DNA from: Cycas panzhihuaensis
Taxonomy: Eukaryota; Plantae; Cycadophyta
DNA length: 64,000 bases
Direction: 5' to 3'
Assembly: GCA_023213395.1 (NCBI GenBank)
Contig: CM041465.1
Location: forward strand, 241,187,741-241,251,740
Shown: piece after piece, positions 14,228 through 26,067 of the stretch
Layout of the letters: every line of letters begins with the position of its first letter
Position numbering within the stretch: the first letter of the stretch is position 1
Made by a program: the position numbers and the translations under genes
The notes under the pieces: generated by a model
Seen by the model: only the letters and a program-made list of their open reading frames with translations
Databases searched by the model: none
What the model was told of the DNA's origin: nothing

Positions 14228-15817
14228 GTTATTAAAAAACTTTAGTACATATAAGGTATGCTTTTACTAAATCAAGAAGGTCAATAAATACAATGAATAT
14301 ATATAATTTCAAACAAATCTTTTAAAGTATATGTAATGCCTTTTGAAAAATAAATAAACTAAATGCAATAAAGAAATAATGAATATAGAAGTAACTTTGA
14401 GATCATATACCAATATCCCTTTAACGATACAAATCTGAATGTAAATTCTCAATACAATAAATCCTTAGTCTTGATAATAATGTATAATACTGAAAAAACT
14501 GAAATATATGTATATTTTACTTTGAAAGATAAGGAATATAAAGAAACTTTTTTTAAAAAAAGGGTTAGAGGACAACCTTAAGTTAGACAGCTTCAAAAAT
14601 ATACTAAATGATATCAGAATGATGTGAAACTTTACGAGTATGAAGATAAATAAAATATGAATCCAAAGGAACTAACCATTTTGAAAACGGGTTCCTATAA
14701 GTCAAGTTTTGATTAATCAACAAAACAAGCCTTATTTTGAGGCATAACAGGAGCAGGGGGCTCAAAATTACATAAAATCACTAATAAAACTTTAGAAAGT
14801 ATTGAAAAAATAATCAAATATGTTTTTTAAAACTACTAAATATATGTGTGGTTGAAAATTTTTGAAAAACTTTAAATGAAAATATATGAAAAATGACAGA
14901 TTAAGGCTCTAAGTAGTCCAAATTTAATAGATTTTAAAATAAGTAAAAACACCTTAAAACAGATGAAAAACTATGTCAGTTCGAAGGGGAATGAGTTAGC
15001 TTCCCAATGAAGCTAACAGAATTGAAATTGAAGGTCAAACAGAAAAGTTACAGTAAAAACAGTAACAAGTACCTCTATGTAAAAATGTTAAAAAAACACT
15101 AAAAACCACTAAAATGTCAATTTCAACAATTAAAATAATGGTTAAAATAAATTCTAAAAAATAAAATAAAATATGGGTTTTGAAGTTTGTTTAACTAGAT
15201 CAATCTGGAACAAATTTGGGCCAAAAATAGTTTCCAAGTAAGAAAATACAGTCAGATCAAAAAATGATTTTGTAAAAAGTTGAAAAAAGGCTGAAAAAAT
15301 GACAGATTGACTTTAAATCGACTGAAACTGGGTCAAATATGTACCAAATTAGTCATATGACCAATTAAAATTAATCTACAGAAAATTTCTAATCTAATGG
15401 AGGTGGTTTCATCTGAAATCGATGAGCTAATAAGAAGTTATGGCAAAAAAATGCCAATAACTCTATGTAGGATAAAAAATTAAAAAAAAATAAAAATAAA
15501 AAACATTTATAAAAAAATGAAAATCCCATTTAAGGACCACTAACGATCATGTGAGGGTTGAATATGACCAGGGGGATAGGATTCAAGGGTGCTTAAGCTC
15601 TTTAAACACCCATATTTGAAAATTTATACAATTAAATTTAATTTTTTAAAAACTTGATATTAAAAACTATATATAAAAACACAAATGAAATGAAAAAATA
15701 GCTACCGCCATTGGTGCACCGAATTTACTGGGATTGTAGATGATAATATTTATAAAATTGAATTGGCAGTTAAATATAAGTTGCACGATGAAGGGCTGCA
15801 ATATATATATTTGCATA

Positions 15818-15819
<2 letters not shown>

Positions 15820-15911
<92 letters not shown>
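15820..15911. repeat. (TA)n microsatellite at the edge of the cargo
   Basis: Direct reading. Confidence 0.98.
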
Positions 15912-15913
<2 letters not shown>

Positions 15914-15989
15914 GAAAAAGCTACATTGTTATTAAAGTATTAGATATTGCTACCACCACCTAGCACCACCACTTAACCTTTGTCTTTAG

Positions 15990-16161
15990 GAGAATGAATT
16001 AGAATTAAGCCGTGTGTATTTTGGACCAGACTTTCTGGTTTCTGAAAATGGCAGGTTCCGAAAATGGTAAGTTCCACAGGTGGAAGAATGGTAGGTTTGC
16101 ATATAGAAATGTTGATAACCAATGGCTGGTAAATGGGAGCTATATCAATTCGAGAATATGG
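15990..16161 (+). pseudogene. Captured two-exon fragment of an unidentified host gene
   Basis: TTTAG| exon 15990-16066 |GTAAGTTCCACAG| exon 16080-16161 |GTATG. Splices in frame to ENELELSRVYFGPDFLVSENGRFRKWWKNGRFAYRNVDNQWLVNGSYINSRIW. Confidence 0.6.
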
Positions 16162-16256
16162 GTATGATTTGGGACACGAGGAGCAAGACACACCAAAGCA
16201 ATGAACGTCTTTCTGAGGAGAACAACAATCTACCACACTAAAGCAAAATGGTTAGA

Positions 16257-16364
16257 TTTATCAATTTTCATAACCATGATCAAGAAAAACTAGTAATAGT
16301 GTTTATGAATGCCAAATATTTGGGTAGTAAGGCTATGTATGTAGGACAAGCACAAAAAAAAGTA
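16257..16364 (+). pseudogene. Captured poly(A)-binding protein RRM fragment
   Basis: FINFHNHDQEKLVIVFMNAKYLGSKAMYVGQAQKKV resembles plant PABP RRM3 (FVNF...A..A...MNG..LGSK.LYVGRAQKK). Confidence 0.75.
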
Positions 16365-16690
16365 GTGCCGCCCCTACGACTGCATCTGTGTCTGCGTCTA
16401 CACCCTTTTGATTAGTGGAGGCTTTTTTTTTTTTTTTTGTTACAGTAATAATAACTTTCCATGTAAAAACCTCACAGGATTGGAACCGAAGAAGATCAAT
16501 TCATGCAAAGGCACTGGTGGAAAAAATTACTCAAACACCTCTAAAGCCGATTGTAGGTACTACAGGAGAGTCACTGCTAAGCAGAAGTTGACTATAATGG
16601 TGCAGGTTACAGAAATCGGGAGTCGAGCGAAGCCATGCTAGCAGGGAGCCGAACAGAGCCACGCCACGTAAGGAGGAAACCCACGAAGAC

Positions 16691-16862
16691 CCTCTTAGAG
16701 GCAATGCTGCAGTGGCTAGGCTACGCAAGATAAGAATGTTGAGTAGTGGAATGACGAATAATAATGGCACTAAGATGTTGAGGTTTTATACAAATGATGC
16801 TCTCAGCGAGGACTGTTGTATTAGTGATGAGCTTGGGATTCATTGGATTTGTGACTGCTCAT
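16691..16862 (+). pseudogene. Captured Sec61 beta subunit fragment
   Basis: PLRGNAAVARLRK...KMLRFYTNDA, a small deletion/frameshift, then [16 protein letters not shown]. Matches plant Sec61beta [33 protein letters not shown]. Confidence 0.88.
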
Positions 16863-16890
16863 ATTAAGCCATGGCTCCCAGTGAGGAGGA

Positions 16891-16951
16891 AGCTCCCAGC
16901 GAGGGTCGAACTCGTGACCTTTCATTTACTAAGCGAACACATGACCACTGA
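16891..16951 (-). tRNA. tRNA-Thr(AGU) 3' fragment (pseudo-tRNA)
   Basis: rc: CAGTGGTCA..TTCGC-TTAGTAA-ATGAA-AGGTC-ACGAG-TTCGACC-CTCGC-TGGGAGC-T, i.e. anticodon arm (AGT), variable loop, T-arm and 3' acceptor strand. The 5' acceptor strand is missing. Confidence 0.75.
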
Positions 16952-16952
16952 A

Positions 16953-17842
16953 AGCAATTCTTCAATGAGAAGACGTTGAAGACAACTGGTCACTCCCAGT
17001 AGTGTTGAACAGATAAAAATGCGCTCCTTCGAGAGTGATTTTGATGAGAATCCTTCTATGCTTGTTTCTAGAGTGGTATATTATCTTTTATCATGCAGTA
17101 TGATTCTGCTTAATAAAAATTGTTCTCTCAATTTACAATTTTGATGCTAGAATTTCACTAATGTTTTACTAGAACCTTGTCAGTGTGACGATTATCTCTA
17201 GTTGAGTTCTTGTCAATATTATATTCGTTGAGATGCTTCTTACAAATATTTATAGTTTGAAATACATAAATGTTCCAATGTTGATGAGGCTCAAAAAACT
17301 GTGGAGAGGCTTGGAGGGAATTGTTATCATTTTTATGGAGTCACAATATTAACTTTGCATATGGATTTATAGCCCCTATTTATTACTGTTTTTTCTAGAT
17401 AGGAATGTTGATGGAAGAAATATAGTAGTTCAGAAGTTGATGAGAAGATTCAACAGTCCAAAGAGTTTCTTGAATCCCTCAAACTTGGCAACTATTTTAT
17501 GTTTTTTCTGTTTCTGCTCTTTGTTTATCTTCTGTGTGCTAAATAGCTTGGTTAGTGGACTTGCCTCTATTTCTTGTGGACTCTCTAACTAGAGAATATA
17601 TGCTATTCAACCAAGCTGAAGATTGATACTCTAGTAGCTTGTTTATACCAATGTAAAGGATGGATTTCAAATAGAAATAATAGTCTTTTTGATATTGGAG
17701 ATGTACGCATGTATACAGAGAAACTTTTAATTTCAAAATGGCTGCTTTTATGCTTTCAACCTTGTAGCAGGTTGTAAAAGAGAGATATGGCTCCAATCCT
17801 CAAAGAAACCTTAAATGTTTCAAATATTTTTTTGATTAGGAA
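16953..17842 (+). pseudogene. Captured four-exon genomic fragment of an unidentified host gene
   Basis: Exons ~16953-17075, 17403-17487, 17547-17702 and 17771-17842 with GT(GC)-AG introns and phase-compatible joins: ..QIKMRSFESDFDENPSMLVSRV|EC*WKKYSSSEVDEKIQQSKEFLESLKL|AWLVDLPLFLVDSLTREY..NNSLFDIGD|VVKERYGSNPQRNLKCFKYFFD. Some C>T stops and one frameshift. Confidence 0.65.
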
Positions 17843-18098
17843 GTATATTATTTTGTTCTTGGAATACTAGACTTTGACTACTTTGAAGTGACTTATGTTT
17901 GATTTTCTTTGTTCAGTTTTAGCCAATCTATGGTAATAATATCTATGGCATGTAAGCAAATAGCAATATATAGCATATAAATAGTAACAATGAAGAAATA
18001 TTTTTAAAAAATAATGTTCAAGAAATGAATGAAAATGAAGGAAAATAATAGTAAGTCTTATAATTATATTGTAATGGAACTGAAAATTTTGTTTTCAG

Positions 18099-18236
18099 AT
18101 TATGAGAGCTCCTCAAAATACTGTGGATGGGACAAAAACTGATGAGGCTAATTTTGCCACCTTGTTGAGTGCCATAGAGAAAACTCCTGGCTTGTACTTC
18201 TCTTATGATGTTGATTTGATAGTTAATGCACAAAGA
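18099..18236 (+). pseudogene. Captured SAC1-family phosphoinositide phosphatase fragment
   Basis: After TTTTCAG: ..KTDEANFATLLSAIEKTPGLYFSYDVDLIVNAQR, matching the plant SAC6/7/8-type motif DEA.F..LL...E.TPGLYFSY..DLT.N.QR. Confidence 0.85.
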
Positions 18237-19671
18237 TTTTATAGAAATTTCTTCAAATAATAATAGTAAAAGATACTTATTGGAGGAATATACTCATAAA
18301 ACAGAGTCACAATATTAAGAAAATTTTCAAATATTTTGAAGAGAATATATCACAAAAAACTCTTATATATTTGTATTTAAAAATTTTTAGAAATATGTTG
18401 AGCAAATATATAAAAGATATGTGTAAATCTAAAAATGGAACTGAAGAACCTAGAGAGAAGTTGAAGCAGGATATGCACCCAAAAGCTGTAGATCTAAAAA
18501 AACTTGAAAATATAGTCAAAAAATATAATGAAAAATATAGATCTGAAATTAAATACAGCACATCTGAACTAAGTGTAGTAGAAAATACTGAAAAACTTGA
18601 TAAAATAGCAGATCTTAAGCTAAATAATGCAGATCTGACGTGAGTATAGCAGATCTATAGCCAAATAATATAGATCTAAATGAATATATCAGAAAAATAG
18701 TCAAATAACTGCTGAAATAAGTAGATATGTAGACTATGTAGTAGATCTAAAGTGAAATGTAGTAGATCTGAAAAAAACTTATATGAGTCTTGCTTGCAGC
18801 TGAAAACCTTCACAGATCTGAGAAAATATTAGATAAGTAGATAAAAATTTGCCAAGAAATAATGAAATGTATAGTAAAATATATAAATCTTAAGAAAAAT
18901 AGCTCAAATCTGAGAAAAAACTTGAGTAAATGTAACTTACTGTTGATCTCCTTCACAAATCTTTGAAAACATATAGCTTGTAGCTGAAATCCTTCATAAA
19001 TCTGTACAAATCTTTGAAAAATCTAAAAAAACACTTGTTATATCACAAAAATAACTCAATAATGAGATAATCTTGATGAAAAATATATAAAACTTACTAA
19101 AAATTTTTCAGAAAGCTAATATATCTTGCTTATAAGAAAATCTGCCATAGAATGCCAATAAATCATGTTGCTCTTCTTTAAAAACTTCACTAACGGAGAT
19201 GCAATAGCCCAAAATCTTGCTCTTTCGAAAAACTTCACAGATCAGTAATCGCCTGCTCTGATATCAAATGAAGGAAATAATGTTTGCAGGAGAACAGGGC
19301 AGAACATATATCAAATAACCATAAACCAATATTGCATCAATACATCAATGTATCACAATCACAATAGCATAAACACATGAAAGCATTGTTATTCAATCAA
19401 TTGTAGTAGAAATGAACATTACAAATTTCTCAAATATTGGAGGCGGTGTCTAAAGACGCCAAGGTTGCACACCCCTTAATATTTATAGTTTGGGGGAGAA
19501 GGGAAACTCCTCAACCCCTGAATTCAAAATAATAATAAAATAATGTTAACTCAAATAAAACTAACTCAACTTACCTTGACATATTGAGTATCACATGTCT
19601 AAATTGAAGATGGTTAGGTGTACAATCCTGGTTGGAAGATGGGAGTGGAGTGATGACACTTAACTCCAACA

Positions 19672-22600
19672 ATGAAAGCTAGGATGTAAGGAGAGATAGT
19701 AAAATCCCTAGCTTATACAAGCAAGTAGAGTAGTTCTAAGTTTGGAATTATACAAACAATATTTTTTGTATCCTTCTTAGGAACTCATTTTCTTATATTG
19801 TTTCAATTTTCTAGGTTTACTATAATAAATAAAAGGGTTAAGTAATAGAAAGTTTTTTTTATTTTTTTTAAATGAAAGCAAAAGAAAGAATAATGAAACA
19901 ATAAGGTCTAACTACATTTTTTTAAATCAATTAAGAAAGTAAAGCATGCATGCTATTTCTTTTTTGCTTCTCTTTTAAAATAAAGAACAAACTAAAAGAG
20001 ATATTATTTCCTAAAGATGTAAAGTATATTTTTTTTCAAACACCAAAGTAACTAGCATGAGATATAAATAGTGTGATATGCAATATTGTATGTAACTTTA
20101 TGGGAGCCAAAATAACATGCTAAACTTACACAAAACTTTTTTTTTCATGCACATGCTATTTTGACTTTTTAAGAATGATTTTAATATAAATAAGAGATTT
20201 CAAACATGATTTCAATAACTAAGAATGATATGCAACCTATAAAGCTTACATGCAATTAGCTATAGCTGATATCCTTATAAGTAAATGATAAATTGAAATC
20301 ATAAAGAGATTCTATCACTCATGAAATTTTTTAGACATCATGGGATCATTGAACTTCATTTAAATTAATTTTCACAATGATATATTATTCATGCACGCAT
20401 GTTCCTTTTATAAAAAAACAAAAATGAAGAAAAATAAAATCAAGGAATGCAACACCAATAATTTTTAAAAATTTTAATTCTAATAATGAATTCTTGCCTC
20501 AAAATAGCTACCTCCCTTTAATAAAATCAATCTTTTCCTTAAAATAAGAATGAACAAGAAGGAAACTAAGAAGAACAAGCTCAACAACAATTAAGAAATA
20601 AGAAAAAAGTAAGACTAGGTCTCTTAGGAAGCTTGAATAATTGAGAAGAATGAGAGAGAGTAGTTATGTTTCGTGGTGAAGAGTTAGATCTCTGTTTATA
20701 ATAGATAAATTCCTTAGTTTCCCACAAAAAGCTGATCTTTCAACCAAGGTTTTCTAAGGAAAAACATAGATGAAGGAGTTTTAGAAATTAGAAGAAAGAG
20801 AGAAGTATATTTGGTCGCAAGAAATCATTAAAAGAGTACCAAATCAAAAGGAAACTAGAGTACAAAAGACCTTACCAAAGATGTGAAGCTTGAAGTAAAG
20901 AGTTGTAATAAACCAAGTACCTTAAGAAGCAACAACAAGTTAATTTTGAATAATAATCAGATAACAATTGGAGCTCTAGATCTCTTCTTTTGACTTCACT
21001 TTTCTTTTCTCAAAGATGGATATCAAAATCACCAAGTAATCTCTTAATTTTTTTAAGAATTCACTCTTGAAAACTTAGTATCAATCTCACAACATATGAA
21101 TGAATCGACTCTTTAGGGTTTTACAGGGTTCTAAGCATAAATGGAGTTAGTTTCCATTGAATCTAGGTGATACCATATAAAACTAGTGTATTATTTAAAA
21201 AAATTCCATGCATGATGGTAAAAAACGTGAACAGTTATATTTTATTAACAACCAAAAATGTGATTTTATTAATAAAATGTGATCAATTATATTTTTAGTA
21301 GAATAAAAATTTCAATAAATCAAGAGAAAAAAATTACTCATTAAAAAGTTAAAAATTATTTTTTTATTAAAAAAATTATGTAAAAATGACTTAATCAATA
21401 CAAAAGAGTAGACCAAAAGGGGTGAAAACTTAAGCATAAGCCCAAAAATCATGAAAAAGTGATGATTTAAAAATAAAATAAAGAGAAAAATAATAAAATA
21501 AGTAAGAGTTTCAAGCCAAAAAAGATGAGTCATCATGATCATAAAGGCAAGATTTTATTACTATAGTTTTCACTTATTGGGAAATGAAAAAATATAATAG
21601 TACAATCATCATCATTTAACATAGATCATCAAAAAAGCAATAGTATATTTCATCAAAATACATCCTAATACAATATAGATCAATCTTCAATTAATCATAT
21701 CAAATGTAAATAAAGTAGAAAACTTTTTATGATAATAAGATCAATTGAGGGCCATGTTTTGGTGAAATATTTTTCCCTTTGGTACCTAACGCTCCTACTT
21801 CAAAAGAGAAGTTGGATGGTAAAAGGTGACAATGAGCATGATAAAGGTTTTTCTCAAAAAGGTAAAAGGTTTGGATGAGGTATGTAAATGATAGAAAACT
21901 AGCCTACAAAAAATGCTAAAATCAAACTAGATAAACCTTGATGTCACTAGAATGATAAGCTGAAAAGTATTACCAAAATACCTACCCAAATGGACATGGC
22001 TTACACTTACTTGATTGGAAGAAACACTAAATACCCACAAACTATATTGGACTTAAAACCTAGATAGCCATAGTTTATCTCTCATTAACCACATTTTGGA
22101 GAAAGGTCCCTTTGTTAGAGCATAAAGGATAAACTATTATAGTTTTTTGAGCTCATTAACAAATGACTTTTCAAAGCCTTAGACTACCATCGTTTCAACT
22201 CATTAGTAGGTGACTTTTCGAATCTTTCCATTATAGTTTAAACTCATTAATAGAAAAAGGGGCTTAGAGATTTACACTCTCATAGTTTAAGTTCTTCAAT
22301 AAGTAAGAGAGTTTAAAGTTTTTTTAGGGCCAAAAATAAGGATTAAAATAAGAACCAGAATGGGTAAGGGATAACATATCTAGGCCTTCAAAATGCTCAT
22401 TAAAAGTTGAATAAATTAAGGTCAATAATAACCCTAATCAATAGGAAATACATCATTTTCTAATTTCAAAGAGAATTTATCTATAAACAAATATTATTAA
22501 GAGATAATATTAACTTGAATGAATGAAATAGATAAAAGAAAAGTTTTGCTGAGAAAGTAAAGAAAAGCCCTCTCTATTTTTATAATAAAACTTGATATAT

Positions 22601-23934
22601 TTTATTTCATTTTCACATGAAGACTTGAAGAAATGCTAACCTAGAGGGCCTTTACCATTTGATTTTGGAGAGAAATTGGAGGGACTTTGAGGAGAGACTA
22701 GCTCCAAGAGGGGAGGATAGAGATGATGTAGTGAGGAGTTAGGTATCTGGTAAGTCTCTCTTGTATATTTTTTTTTAATTAATTTTTTTTTATAAAAAAT
22801 ATGATAATAGAGAGTGAAAAATATAATTGTAGGGCTAAAAACATGATGAAGTAATTAAAAATATAATTTTATGATTTGGAACAAGAATTAAGAAATTGTA
22901 TTTTTGATTGTGTTATCACATTTTTAGTGTATTGTTACATCTTTTAAATTTGAAAGAAAAAATTAAAAAGTAAAAGTTTTTTTAAAAACTAAAATTACAA
23001 TTTAATGTGATTATTTTTACTATGATGTAGCCTCTAGAGAGGGTGGATACTAGGGAGAATAAAGGATTCGCAATCAAGGGGTTGATTAGCCAACTAACTG
23101 AGGAGGATTTAACTCTATTGAGAGAATATGGTCTATCTTGGGTAAGTGGGTCAACTCAATTAGTGATGGAGTATGAGATCCTTCACAACTTTATTAGTTG
23201 TTAGATCCTATGGAGGAATGTATTTAGAATGCAGGCTATAGGACACATCCAAATTAGTCTTAGAGATATTAGGAGGATCTTAGGAGTTAACTGGCATGGG
23301 GAAAGGATAAAATTGAATACAGTGATTGATAACAAGTCTCAAGAGGCTTATAGCCAGTATTTGACTATCTTTGCTAATTAATTTAATCCTCATGGGATAT
23401 CTATTGAGGCAATGAGCATGATGAAGGGGATTCCTATCATATAGAAGATCATTAATCTCATTATTATTTTTAAGATTGTTAGGACCTAGAACTTCATTGG
23501 GTTTCAACATAGGGGGTAAAAGTGATTAGCAAATATGAGGAGGGGGTCATGATGAATTGGAGGTAGTACATAGCATATAGTATGTGCCTTAAGTTATCCA
23601 GGGCTAGGAGGTAGGGTAGAGGAGGTTTTTCTTCTAGTTCTATTTTAATATATTGGCTATATAACCAAATACCATTGATAAGGCTAGGTGGAGTACCAAG
23701 AGAGCTGACCATTATGGATCTAAAAATGAATAGGTGGTACACAAGAGCTCAAATTTATAATAGGATAACTACAGTGGCAAGGAACATGCATAACCCTCTA
23801 GTAAGTTAAATGACCAATAGGTAGCTAGTAGAGGATCCATATGAGGGATTTCCCATATGGAATGATGATGAAGTCAATACAGTTGAGAGGGAAATAATAG
23901 GAGAGGCTTTTATTACTAGTGGAGGGAGAGGAAA

Positions 23935-23987
<53 letters not shown>

Positions 23988-25660
23988 AGGGATGTACTCT
24001 AAGCAATAAATGGAGCACAAGGTGGAGATAGAGAAGGCTCTATATAGAGAATAAAGTTGGGTTTGATAGATAGGCAAGGGAGGGTAGGTGATAGGTATAG
24101 AGGAGGAGAGGTGGAGCCACCTCAAGAGGCTCCCTAAGAGCCTCAAGGAGAGGTAGTCTTACAGCCAGAAGAGGAGATGATAATAAAGCTAGCAAGATAA
24201 GAATAACTAGCAAGTATGTAAATTAGTGTATGTCTTGAATATGTTTGATTTTTTTTTTTGGATTATTTACCCTTTATATAGAAGATTGATTATAATTGAT
24301 ATATTTTCCATGGAAATATGATGAGAGCCTGACTTTTTTAGAGGTCCAAAAGTTACTTGACATGATTTTCCCCTATGCATTCATGTCAAAGGAACCTTTA
24401 GTGTGGAATATCATTGATCGTATAATGTTAAGGCATCAGATCAAATATTTCAATCTCGCATTACAGGATAGAGATATAATCTAGAACATATAGATGGAGC
24501 TGAGACTTTGAGAGTGAAAGCTTAAAGTGGAAGAGGATGAATGGCATCATCTATGGAAGATGGCATTGGTATAGGCTAAGGGATGAGTTACTCCATCTAA
24601 GAGTACTATAATTTAGTAGGTGAGACATCTTCCACCATGTAGGGAGTCAATACATAGGCAGACTCTAAATAAAGGAGAGAGGGTAAAGTTAAAAGTACAT
24701 GGGAGGTCTCACTAGATCTGATAGAGATAAGCATATTTTGTAGATGTAGAGGATATAGGAGGGAGGTATAAGGTATTTTATAAGCCTCAGATGTTATATT
24801 ATGGGTCACAGAGTGACAGATGTACTATTTATTTTATATTCTATATGTATATTGATCATTTTCTTCATAACTTGTGTAACAAATATGATTAGATGATTGA
24901 TTCTAAACTTATTACCCCCTTTTATCACTCTTTTATAGATTGATATGGTATACATTCACTAGTGTGAGGGTCCATAAAAGCATATAATGATTTTTCTTTA
25001 TCTTTTTTTTTTATATCTTTTGTAATTTTATATTTTTTTTAGATTTTTAGTTAATATGTACATAATAGTTTATACTCACTTTAGGGTATGAAAAGGGCCT
25101 TAAAGGAGAAAAATTATAAGGAATAATAAAGGATAGAAAATAGATAAAAGACAAAAGGGAGTAGATAGACAAGTTTAATAATTCTGTTTCTATAAATATA
25201 AAACCATTTGAATAATAAATAGTAATATATTTATAAAAATAAAAGATGGAATAATATAAGTCCTTTTAAAAGAAAAACTTATATAATTCACATCATACTC
25301 AGGATATAAACATAGATTAAAATCCATATTCATATAATATACCTTAAGAAAAGCATGTTGTTTATAGAATAAAAACATAATTCAACTCAATAAACAACTA
25401 GTTTCTCGAGTATATAGGATTTCTCATTAGCTCCTTCTAGGGGTAAGAAGCTTTTAAGGACTTAGCCCCTACCAAGATCCTCCTCATCCCATGATTCCCA
25501 CACAGGTCTATCTTTTCTAACACATCATTTCATCCTGAAACCTATGATCTTAACCTTTATATTACTCAAACTCTTATCCTTAAAAACGCATAGTTTATAC
25601 TCTTTATGGAGTGGTAGTTTATACTAATTTTGGAGTAGGTTTCCCCCAACAAAAGATGAG
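19672..25660 (-). mobile_element. Probable 3' non-coding region, extra-ORF remnant and LTR of the Tat element (boundaries unresolved)
   Basis: Contiguous with the aRH/INT region. Pro/Ser-rich decayed ORF-like segment at ~23030-24780. Probably continues through element A's TSD to 12994, where TGACAACTCC..GGAGTCTCTACC resembles a Tat/Ogre LTR motif. Confidence 0.4.
23938..23983. repeat. (GA)n microsatellite
   Basis: Direct reading. Confidence 0.97.
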
Positions 25661-25662
25661 AG

Positions 25663-26067
25663 CTAACTGAAACATTCATCCAAGATAAAACAGACTAGAG
25701 TATTAGCTTCAATATTTAAATCCTATGGAATAAAGTAGATATTAACTAAAGATAATAAACACGCCAATGATGAAGCATGGTGGTAAAGAGAAAAGAGTTG
25801 TCAAGAATGTATTTGATATATCCCAACTAACTCGTAAACTATAATCTAAGAGTTAGAATACATGGCAATAGGTCCATGGTAAGATTAGGAAATATAAGAC
25901 AATGCCCTTATAATAGCAAAGTATTCAACTTCATTATTAGTTGCTCTAGGTAAAAATAGATAAATGGATAGGAGGGGATTTCTTGATTGGTCATAAATCA
26001 CCCAAGCAATAGTAGACAGTCTCAGGTTACCTCTACTAACTTTGTCAGTGAAAATACATAATGCCAT
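25663..26067 (-). pseudogene. Additional archaeal-type RNase H (aRH) of a Tat-lineage Gypsy element, downstream of integrase
   Basis: 135 codons with in-frame stops: IFTDKVSRGN...IAWVI...ATNNEVEYFAIIRAL...YSNS*IIV...IP*DLNIEANTL, i.e. the DGASRGNPG / TNNEAEY / DSQLVV / PRE.N..AD motifs. Confidence 0.88.

Larger units (their letters stand above)
13064..19671 (-). mobile_element. Non-autonomous Copia-derived LTR element (element A) carrying host-gene cargo
   Basis: Highly similar LTRs 13064-13470 and 19269-19671; TSD ACGAA/ATGAA; PBS rc TGATATCAGAGC (19255-19266); PPT 13471-13481; only a gag N-terminus and an RNase H tail, no RT or IN. Confidence 0.93.

Noticed and set aside
16691-18236. Functional Sec61beta, SAC or PABP genes
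   Set aside because: Short fragments with frameshifts or stops, lacking the rest of each gene, inside a retroelement.
15700-18290. Helitron or Pack-MULE inserted in element A as the cargo carrier
   Set aside because: No 3' GC hairpin plus CTRR, no TIRs and no long TSD seen at the cargo edges, and sister elements have inserts at the same slot. Not fully excluded without a genome search.
18371-18643. Lys/Glu-rich 90-aa ORF
   Set aside because: Arises from the A-rich AGATCT repeat tract of the element leader.
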